DNA of 64,000 nt from Thermoanaerobaculia bacterium (lineage in GTDB: Bacteria; Acidobacteriota; Thermoanaerobaculia; Multivoradales; Multivoraceae), in contig OY761158.1 in the NCBI GenBank assembly GCA_963664405.1, positions 5,248,001 through 5,312,000 on the forward strand, given 5' to 3'. Positions within the stretch are counted from its first letter, which is position 1; the number at the start of each line of letters is the position of its first letter. Both the position numbers and the translations under genes were made by a program. The notes below the pieces were generated by a model. That model had not been told where the DNA came from, ran no database searches, and saw only the letters and a list, made by a program, of their open reading frames with translations. Shown here one piece after another: positions 56,744 to 64,000 of the stretch.

Positions 56744-57258
56744 GCGAGAGTACGTTGTTGGACCCGACCAGCGAGCGCCAGCCGTCTCGGCGGGCAGCCG
56801 CTCCACGTCTGCCGGCCATCGCCGGCCGAAAAATTGGGCTACTCGATATATCGAAGGCGCGTGGCGATGTCTTCCTCGACCGGGTCGAAGAGAAGCTGAC
56901 CGCCGGCGGCGCGGAGGTGCTGCGTTTCGCCAAGCCGACCTTTACCAAGCCCGCGCCGGTGGACCTGCGCCAAGAGATTGCCCAACGCTGTGACGCGGTC
57001 ATCGAGGCTCTCGCCGATTGAGGGTCCTGCACGTCGTGCAGTGTGCATGACATGACTGATCTCGAGAGCCGCGGTATCCCGACCGTTTTCGTCGCGTCTT
57101 CGGAGTTTGTTGATGCCGCGGTGGCGCAGTCGTCGGCTCTAGGTTCCGACTCGCCGCGAGTCTTCGTTCCTCACCCGATCCAGGATCGCACCGACGAAGA
57201 GATCCTGGCACTGGCCGAGGCGGCATTTGACGAGATTGTAGGTGGATTGCTTCAGTAG
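56740..57258 (+). CDS. UGSC-motif selenoprotein, 172 aa; UGA at 57019-57021 read as Sec94
   Basis: GTG overlaps the upstream stop; ..EALAD-U-GSCTSCSVHD...RGIPTV...VPHP continues in frame to TAG at 57256-57258; SECIS-like hairpin at 57033-57051. Confidence 0.9.
57033..57051 (+). promoter_or_regulatory. Putative bacterial SECIS element of the UGSC gene
   Basis: GUCGUGCA-GUG-UGCAUGAC (8 bp, one G-U); loop begins after 19 nt downstream of UGA and starts with G. Confidence 0.65.
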
Positions 57259-57491
57259 TTGACGGGGTCCGGGCGAAAATTTGGGTGGCTAGTACCCGCG
57301 ATCCCCGCCTGCGATCCTGACGCGGCTTGCCTCCCTTACCCGAGGAGAGATGTAGCCACATCCTCGGCCCACCGCCGCGAGCGTGGCCTACGATCGGGGG
57401 CGATTGGAGGAGCCTTGGGTCACGCTGTCGAGGCGAATGGAGTGATGGATGCGGCGACGCAAGAGGAGTTCGCGCCCTGGCTCGCGGTCTA

Positions 57492-57533
57492 TCGGGGAGT
57501 GGCAGCCAGCGGCCAGAGGCTGCCACTCCCCGA
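57492..57533. repeat. Perfect 16-bp intergenic inverted repeat (REP-like)
   Basis: TCGGGGAGTGGCAGCC-AGCGGCCAGA-GGCTGCCACTCCCCGA; no U-tract. Confidence 0.85.
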
Positions 57534-57571
57534 GTAGAGATTAGGCGTAGAATCGTTTCGGGAGGGACGAG

Positions 57572-58579
57572 GTGAGAGAGGTAGAGAGTTTCGAGACCAG
57601 TGAGGGGCGCCATATCTACGCTTTGCCGATCGAGGCTTTCCCCGACTTCTTTGTCAACATCTATGTGATCAGCGACGGCGAGCGGCGCTTTCTGGTGGAT
57701 TGCGGCTCGCCGATGGAGAAGTCGAATCGCGACCTCGTGGCCGCGCTGGAGACGGCCAGCGAGCGTTTCGGCGAGCCCCTGTCGCTCGCCACGATGGATC
57801 TCATTTTCATCACCCACGGTCACACCGACCACTTTGGTGGCCTCCCCTTCGTGCGTAGGCATACGGACGCCCCGATCGGGGTCCATGTGCTCGATCGCCG
57901 CATCCTTTCGCATCACGAAGAGAGGGTGATCGTCGCTTCCAAGCACCTCCAGGTCTATCTCGCGCGCTCCGGCCTGTCGCAAAACGCGCGACAGGGACTG
58001 ATGCAGATGTATCTCGCGCCGAAGAGCATGTATCGCTCGACCGAGGTCCAATTCGAGCTCGAGGAGGGGCCCCGAGCGGAGGACGGTGTTGAGATCTTTC
58101 ATGTTCCGGGTCATTGCCCGGGCCAGGTTTGCATCCGGGTCGACGACATTCTGCTGGCCGCTGATCATGTACTGTCGCGTATCACTCCGCATCAGTCGCC
58201 TGAGTCGATCACTCTCAATATGGGTCTGGGTCACTATCTCGACTCTTTGACCAAGATTCAGCCCATGGAGGGAATCCGCCTTACGCTCGGGGGGCACGAG
58301 AATCCGATGGAGGATCTCTTTGGCCGTGTGGGCGAGATCAAGGCGTCCCACGACGAGCGCCTCACTAAGGTGCTCGATCTGTGCCGGAGCGAGCCGCAGT
58401 CGATCGCCGCGGTCTCGAAGTCTTTGTTCGGTGACGTCAAGGGCTACACGGTGCTCTTGGCGCTCGAGGAGGCCGGCGCGCACGTCGAATATCTCTACCA
58501 GCGCGGGGAGCTGGTGGCCGGAAATGTCGAGGAGCTGCGCGATCAGGAAGAGCCTGTGATTCAGTACCAGGCGGAGTGA
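57572..58579 (+). CDS. MBL-fold metallo-hydrolase with C-terminal wHTH-like domain
   Basis: LVDCG, THGHTDHFGG, PGHCPG, ADH, GGH. Confidence 0.9.
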   Translation: MREVESFETSEGRHIYALPIEAFPDFFVNIYVISDGERRFLVDCGSPMEKSNRDLVAALETASERFGEPLSLATMDLIFITHGHTDHFGGLPFVRRHTDAPIGVHVLDRRILSHHEERVIVASKHLQVYLARSGLSQNARQGLMQMYLAPKSMYRSTEVQFELEEGPRAEDGVEIFHVPGHCPGQVCIRVDDILLAADHVLSRITPHQSPESITLNMGLGHYLDSLTKIQPMEGIRLTLGGHENPMEDLFGRVGEIKASHDERLTKVLDLCRSEPQSIAAVSKSLFGDVKGYTVLLALEEAGAHVEYLYQRGELVAGNVEELRDQEEPVIQYQAE

Positions 58580-58644
58580 GAGCTGCCCCCTCAGCAGGTC
58601 TCATGTGGTACAAATGACAGCTCAGCTTCTACGAGTCGCGCACT

Positions 58645-59292
58645 TTGAAGATTCAAGGCGAACACTTCTTGGCCGCCCCACAGGACTTGGTCTGGGAGGC
58701 CCTGCTTGACGCGGAAGTACTTTCGGCCACGGTCCCTGGCTCGCAGGGCCTCGAGCAGATTTCCGAGAACGAGTTTGAGGGCAAGCTGAAGATCAAGGTG
58801 GGCCCCGTACAGGGTGTCTTTCAAGGGAAGGTCTCTCTCTCCGATCTCGAGCCCCCGAGCAGTTATCGCATCAAGATCGAGGGCCGCGGACCCGTCGGTT
58901 TCATGAGCGGGGACGGGACCGTCAAGCTCAGCCAGAGCGACGGAGGGACGCTTCTAGGCTACGACGTCACGGCGCAGATCGGAGGCCGCATCGCCGGCGT
59001 GGGTCAGCGCTTGATGGACAGTACTGCCAAGGTGATCACCCGCCAGACCCTGGAAGCTCTGGGAGCCCAGATCGAAGCACGAGCGGCGGACGACGCTGAG
59101 GACGTGGATGAAGAGGGAGCGGTCGAGCCCGCCCCGCCGCCGCGACCGGCGACGGAGTCGGAGTTTGCCGCACAAGTCGCCAAGGGCGTGGTAGCCGAGC
59201 TGGTGCCCGAGCAGTACCGACGTATGGCTGTAATGGCCATCGTGGGCCTGGGGGCCGCCGGCGCCGTTCTAGCGCTTCGGGGGTGCGGCTGA
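58645..59292 (+). CDS. coxG: CoxG/SRPBCC family protein with C-terminal membrane anchor
   Basis: [23 protein letters not shown], terminal TM helix; TTG start. Confidence 0.88.
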   Translation: MKIQGEHFLAAPQDLVWEALLDAEVLSATVPGSQGLEQISENEFEGKLKIKVGPVQGVFQGKVSLSDLEPPSSYRIKIEGRGPVGFMSGDGTVKLSQSDGGTLLGYDVTAQIGGRIAGVGQRLMDSTAKVITRQTLEALGAQIEARAADDAEDVDEEGAVEPAPPPRPATESEFAAQVAKGVVAELVPEQYRRMAVMAIVGLGAAGAVLALRGCG

Positions 59293-59422
59293 TGCCGGAA
59301 CGCTCTCGAGAGGCTTGGTATGGTCGAATGAGAACGCCTGGGGTCCCGGGACTCGGAGCAGGGATCGCGTGGACTTGTCGCAGTAGCAGAGAATGGGCGG
59401 TCGGAAAACCTCGGAGGTGTGT

Positions 59423-59893
59423 ATGAAGCACAGAGTTCGAATGGAAGTAAACGGATCAGCGGTCGAGCGTGAGATCGAGCCGCGCACACTTCTTGTCCAT
59501 TTCTTGCGCGAGGATCTGGCGCTGACCGGCACCAACGTCGGCTGTGAGACGAGTCTGTGTGGCGCTTGCACCGTTCTCATCGACGGCCAAGCGGTGAAGT
59601 CGTGTACCCAGCTCGCGCTACAGGCGGAAGGTCGCAGTGTGACGACGATCGAAGGGTTAGCCGAAGACGGCGAGCTTCACCCGCTCCAGCAGGAATTCTG
59701 GGACAACCACGGTCTGCAGTGCGGATATTGCACTCCTGGAATGATTCTGTCCTCGGTCGCGCTGCTGAGCGAGAACCCGAGTCCAACAGAGGAGGAGATC
59801 CGCAATGGTCTCCGAGGCAATCTGTGCCGCTGCACTGGCTACCACAACATCATCAAGGCGGTGAAGGCTGCCGCCGCCGGTCAGGGGACTTGA
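59423..59893 (+). CDS. coxS: (2Fe-2S) small subunit, CoxS/CutS
   Basis: [31 protein letters not shown]. Confidence 0.93.
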   Translation: MKHRVRMEVNGSAVEREIEPRTLLVHFLREDLALTGTNVGCETSLCGACTVLIDGQAVKSCTQLALQAEGRSVTTIEGLAEDGELHPLQQEFWDNHGLQCGYCTPGMILSSVALLSENPSPTEEEIRNGLRGNLCRCTGYHNIIKAVKAAAAGQGT

Positions 59894-59894
59894 T

Positions 59895-62264
59895 ATGGGA
59901 GTCCTAGGAACCTCCATCAGACGTCGAGAAGACCCGGCTCTAATTACCGGCCAAGGCAAGTACACCGACGACCTGACCCTGCCGGGCATGCTCCACGCCG
60001 CGATGGTGCGCAGCCCTCATGCACACGCACGGGTGAAGAATGTCGACGCTGCGGCCGCGCTGGCCCTGCCAGGGGTCACGGCGGTTTACACCGCCGCCGA
60101 CGTCGAGGCGAGCGCTCTGCCGGGAGTCCTTCCCGTAGCCTGGCTGCTGCCCGGTCTCAAGACCCCCGCCCATCCGATCCTCGCCGGAGATACGGTGCGC
60201 TATGTTGGCGATGCAGTTGCCGTCGTCGTCGCCGAGGACCGGTATCTGGCCAAGGATGCCGCTGACCTGGTGGAGGTGGAGTACGAGCCTCTGGGCTCGG
60301 TCACAGACCCGGCTCTGGCGGTTCAGGAAGGAGCGGTCCAGATCCATCAGGAGGCGGAGCGGAACATCGCTTTCGACTGGGACATCGGCGATCGCGAGAA
60401 GACCGATGCCGCGTTCGCTGTCGCCGCCAGCACGGCCGAGATCGAGCTGCGTAACAACCGTCTGATCCCTCACGCTATCGAGCCGCGAGCGGCGCTGGCG
60501 GACTTCGACACCATCGCCGGCAAGCTCACTCTGCGACTGACTTCGCAGAATCCACATGTACATCGGCTGCTCATGTTCCTCGCCTCGATTGGGCTGCCGG
60601 AGCACAAGATGAGGATCATCGCCCCGGAAGTGGGGGGCGGCTTCGGCAGCAAGATCGCGCACTATGCCGATGAGGCGATCACCAGTTTCTGCGCCATGCA
60701 GCTGGGGTGCCCGGTGAAATGGACGGCGACACGGAGCGAAACGAATCTCACCGACACTCACGGTCGCGATCACGTTACTCACGCTGCAATCGCGCTTGAC
60801 GAGGATCACAAGATCATTGGTCTCAAGGTGGAGACCCACGCGGCGCTCGGTGCGTATCTGTCGACTTTCGGCCCGGCGGTGCCCACCTATATGTATGCAC
60901 CCCTTCTTTCCGGGGCGTACGACATTCCGGCGATCCACGCCCACGTCCTCGGTTGCTTCACCACTACGACACCGGTCGACGCCTACCGCGGCGCCGGGCG
61001 TCCGGAAGCCACCTTTGTGATCGAGCGCCTCGTCGACCTCGCGGCGCTCGAGGTGGGCGTCGACCCCGCCGAGCTGCGGCGGAAGAACTTCGTGGTGCCG
61101 GAGAAGTTCCCCTACGAGACTCAGGTTGCTCTGACCTACGACAGCGGTAACTACGAGCCGGCCCTCGACCGTGCTCTCGAGATGGTCGGCTATGGCGAGC
61201 TTCGTCGAGAGCAGGCCCGCCGGCGCGAGGAAGGCGGCAATCTTCTTGGTATCGGCTTCTCGACCTACATCGAGGCCTGTGGCCAGGCCCCCTCGAAAGT
61301 AGCCGGCGCACTAGGTGCGCAGGCAGGCCTCTGGGAGAGCGCCGAAGTTCGGGTAAACCCTAGCGCCTCGGTGGTCGTCTTCACCGGCTCTTCGGCGCAC
61401 GGCCAGGGCCACGAGACGACCTTCTCCCAGATCGTGGCCGACCGACTCGGTATCGACATCGACGCGGTCGAGGTGGTCCATGGTGACACCGACCAGGTGC
61501 AGTTCGGCATGGGAACCTACGGAAGTCGTAGCGCTGCGGTCGGCGGAAGCGCCATCGCCAAGAGCGTCGACAAAATCATCGAGAAGGGTCGCAAGATCGC
61601 CGCCCACCTGCTCGAGGCAGCGGTGGAGGACGTCGACTTCGAAGACGGTCGATTCGGCGTAAAGGGAGCGCCGGATCAGAGCCTGGGGTTCGCCGATGTG
61701 GCACTGCAGGCCTACTTGGCCCACAACTATCCCGACGATTTGGAGCCTGGGCTGAGCGCGACTTCTTTCTACGATCCGGTCAACTTCACCTATCCCTTTG
61801 GGGCTCACATTGCGGTGGTCGAGATCGATACCGACACCGGCGCTGTGGGCTTGTTGAGATATGTCGCCGTCGACGATGTCGGCAACGTCATCAACCCGAT
61901 GATCGTCGAGGGCCAGATCCACGGCGGTGTGGCCCAAGGCATTGGACAGGCCCTCTGGGAGGGCGCGGTCTACGACGAGAGCGGCCAGCTGATTACCGGC
62001 ACGCTGATGGACTACGCTCTACCAAAGGCCCATAACCTGGTGTCCTTCGAGCTCGATCGCACCGTGACGCCCTGCCCTCACAACCCGTTGGGTGTGAAGG
62101 GAGTGGGGGAGGCCGGAGCCATTGCCTCTCCCGCCGCAGTGGTCAATAGCGTCGTGGACGCCTTGCAACATCTGGGAATCAAACACCTCGACATGCCCCT
62201 GACACCGGAGAAAGTGTGGCGGGCGATGTCAGACGCCGCGGATGGCGGCAACGGGAGCGACTGA
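59895..62264 (+). CDS. coxL: Molybdopterin-binding large subunit, form II CoxL-like (xanthine dehydrogenase family)
   Basis: GGGFGSK, AYRGAGR active-site motif, GQGHET, GTYGSRS, GQIHGG, KGVGE. Confidence 0.9.
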   Translation: MGVLGTSIRRREDPALITGQGKYTDDLTLPGMLHAAMVRSPHAHARVKNVDAAAALALPGVTAVYTAADVEASALPGVLPVAWLLPGLKTPAHPILAGDTVRYVGDAVAVVVAEDRYLAKDAADLVEVEYEPLGSVTDPALAVQEGAVQIHQEAERNIAFDWDIGDREKTDAAFAVAASTAEIELRNNRLIPHAIEPRAALADFDTIAGKLTLRLTSQNPHVHRLLMFLASIGLPEHKMRIIAPEVGGGFGSKIAHYADEAITSFCAMQLGCPVKWTATRSETNLTDTHGRDHVTHAAIALDEDHKIIGLKVETHAALGAYLSTFGPAVPTYMYAPLLSGAYDIPAIHAHVLGCFTTTTPVDAYRGAGRPEATFVIERLVDLAALEVGVDPAELRRKNFVVPEKFPYETQVALTYDSGNYEPALDRALEMVGYGELRREQARRREEGGNLLGIGFSTYIEACGQAPSKVAGALGAQAGLWESAEVRVNPSASVVVFTGSSAHGQGHETTFSQIVADRLGIDIDAVEVVHGDTDQVQFGMGTYGSRSAAVGGSAIAKSVDKIIEKGRKIAAHLLEAAVEDVDFEDGRFGVKGAPDQSLGFADVALQAYLAHNYPDDLEPGLSATSFYDPVNFTYPFGAHIAVVEIDTDTGAVGLLRYVAVDDVGNVINPMIVEGQIHGGVAQGIGQALWEGAVYDESGQLITGTLMDYALPKAHNLVSFELDRTVTPCPHNPLGVKGVGEAGAIASPAAVVNSVVDALQHLGIKHLDMPLTPEKVWRAMSDAADGGNGSD

Positions 62265-63127
62265 TGTATCCAGCGAAATTCGACTACTACCGCGCTTCGA
62301 GCCTCGAGGAGGCACTCGACCTACTCGAGAAGCATGAAGATGCCAAGCTTCTGGCCGGCGGCCACAGTCTGCTTCCGATGATGAAGTTACGCCTCGCGCA
62401 ACCACCGAGCGTAATCGATATCGGTGGCCTGAGCGATCTCTCAGGGGTGACTCGGGACAACGGCAGCATCAAGGTCGGAGCGCTCACGACCCATGCCGAG
62501 ATCGCTTCCTCGCCGGTTCTGGCCGAGTCCTGCGGCATTCTCGCTGAGGCCGCGGGCGAGATCGGCGACCAGCAGGTGCGCAATCGAGGCACCATCGGCG
62601 GCAATCTGACCCATGCCGATCCCGGTTCGGATCTCCCAGCGGTCATCAGAGTGCTCGACGCCACTCTCCACATGGTGGGGAAGGGCGGCGCACGCTCGGT
62701 ACCGGCGGCCGAGTTTTTCGTTGATCTCCTCACCACTGCGCTGGAGGAAAAAGAGATCTTGACCGCGGTGGAGGTTCCGGCTCTGGGGGCCGGAGCCGGC
62801 GCCAGCTATATGAAGTTCGAGCACCCTGCCTCCGGCTACGCTGTGGTGGGGGCAGCGGCGGTGGTGTCTCTCGCCGGCGATGGTAGTTGTGAGAGCGCCG
62901 CGCTCTACTTCAACGGAGTAACAGCGACACCGCTCGAAGCGGCGGGGATAGGTGCGGCACTGGCCGGGCAGAACCTCAGCGACGCGGTGATCGATGCCGC
63001 CGTCGACGCAAAGGTAACGGCCGAGGATCCCTTGGGCGATGTGTTTGCTTCGGGCAGCTATCGTCTGCATCTCGCCAAGGTCTATGGCAAGCGGGCCCTG
63101 CGTACGGCCCGAGATCGGGCGGCCTGA
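62264..63127 (+). CDS. coxM: FAD-binding medium subunit, CoxM/CutM
   Basis: [38 protein letters not shown]. Confidence 0.92.
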   Translation: MYPAKFDYYRASSLEEALDLLEKHEDAKLLAGGHSLLPMMKLRLAQPPSVIDIGGLSDLSGVTRDNGSIKVGALTTHAEIASSPVLAESCGILAEAAGEIGDQQVRNRGTIGGNLTHADPGSDLPAVIRVLDATLHMVGKGGARSVPAAEFFVDLLTTALEEKEILTAVEVPALGAGAGASYMKFEHPASGYAVVGAAAVVSLAGDGSCESAALYFNGVTATPLEAAGIGAALAGQNLSDAVIDAAVDAKVTAEDPLGDVFASGSYRLHLAKVYGKRALRTARDRAA

Positions 63128-63153
63128 GCCAGAAGGTAGATCGGAGCGCTGTT

Positions 63154-64000
63154 TTGACATCGATCGACGAGGTCCGGGCGAGCCTGGCGGAGGCTGGCTA
63201 CGTCGCCGATCGTGGCCTCGCGACGTCGATCTTCCTCGCTCTCCAGCTCGAAAAACCTCTCTTCCTCGAAGGCGAGGCCGGGGTCGGCAAGACCGAGGTC
63301 GCCAAGGTTCTCTCGGCGGTTCTCCAGCGGCCGCTGATCCGACTTCAGTGCTACGAGGGTCTCGACCTTCAGACTGCGGTCTACGAGTGGAACTACACCC
63401 AGCAAATCTTGCAGATCCGAGTGCTCGAGGCTCGGGGAGAAGGTGAATCGGCCGACCTCGCCGGGCTTTTCTCTCGCGACTTTCTCCTCAAGCGACCTCT
63501 GCTCGAGGCTATCGACGTTCCCGAGGGCGCAGTGGCTCCGGTTCTTCTGATCGACGAGCTCGACCGTGCCGATGAGGAATTCGAGGCCTACTTGCTCGAG
63601 CTACTCTCCGATTTTCAGATCTCCATCCCGGAGCTGGGAACCATCCGAGCCGAAGATCCGCCGGTGGTCGTCGTCACCTCGAATCGTACCCGCGAGATCC
63701 ACGATGCTCTGAAGCGTCGCTGCCTTTACCAGTGGATCGACTACCCAGGCTTCGAGAAAGAGATCGAGATCGTCCGTCGCAAAGCGCCTGGCGCGTCAGA
63801 GCAGCTCGCTCGGGAGGTGGTCGCCTTTGTTCAGGAGCTGCGCGGGGAGGAGCTCTTCAAACGGCCCGGGGTGGCAGAGACGCTGGATTGGATCCACGCA
63901 CTGGTGGCGCTCGATCGAGAGACCCTGAGTGACGAGATCGTCGGCGACACCTTGGGAGTGCTGCTCAAGTACCAGGACGACATCGGCTTCGTTCGCGATG
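63154..64000 (+). CDS. coxD: MoxR-family AAA+ ATPase (CoxD-like), 3'-truncated; absent from the ORF track
   Basis: Manual translation from TTG: ..GYVADRGLA..PLFLEGEAGVGKTE..IRLQCYEG..YEWNY..LLIDELDRADEEFE..TSNRTREIHDALKRRC. Confidence 0.9.
   Translation, partial: MTSIDEVRASLAEAGYVADRGLATSIFLALQLEKPLFLEGEAGVGKTEVAKVLSAVLQRPLIRLQCYEGLDLQTAVYEWNYTQQILQIRVLEARGEGESADLAGLFSRDFLLKRPLLEAIDVPEGAVAPVLLIDELDRADEEFEAYLLELLSDFQISIPELGTIRAEDPPVVVVTSNRTREIHDALKRRCLYQWIDYPGFEKEIEIVRRKAPGASEQLAREVVAFVQELRGEELFKRPGVAETLDWIHALVALDRETLSDEIVGDTLGVLLKYQDDIGFVRD

Noticed and set aside
56999-58483. Long antisense ORFs (e.g. 56999-58483, 728-1870, 4226-5326, 33184-34362, 49087-50217)
   Set aside because: Shadow frames opposite well-supported genes in high-GC DNA, with no motifs.
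59895-62264. Bona fide aerobic CO dehydrogenase (form I)
   Set aside because: Active-site motif is AYRGAGR rather than AYxCSFR, and gene order is S-L-M.

Overview
GC-rich bacterial window; gene content suggests Acidobacteriota such as Thermoanaerobaculia, but that is inference. It is mostly densely packed metabolic, redox and envelope genes: the end of a FecCD-type ABC transporter, GSTs, SDRs, GNATs, dacB, surE, cysH plus a chelatase, a Liv-type ABC transporter with an embedded acyl-CoA ligase, a carbamoyltransferase-SxtJ-DUF5989 locus, a thiolase with an HMGS-like/DUF35 fusion, an hpnB-like glycosyltransferase, a form II cox G-S-L-M-D cluster and tRNA-Pro(CGG). The ORF track misses or splits several signals. 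(1) Two selenoprotein genes, a CxxU Rdx/SelW-type gene and a UGSC-motif gene coupled to a thioredoxin-fusion partner, each have a SECIS-like hairpin with the same CA-GUK-UG apex. (2) An HUH/Y1 (RAYT-like) transposase is bracketed by 18-bp inverted repeats, abuts a (GTT)8 tract and carries an exact 142-bp tandem duplication of its 5' end. (3) A complete 3390-bp four-ORF IS21 element with a CATGG target duplication sits inside an 84-bp palindromic tandem-repeat array in the middle of the ABC operon. (4) Two genes are broken by single in-frame stops, one of them also by a frameshift.
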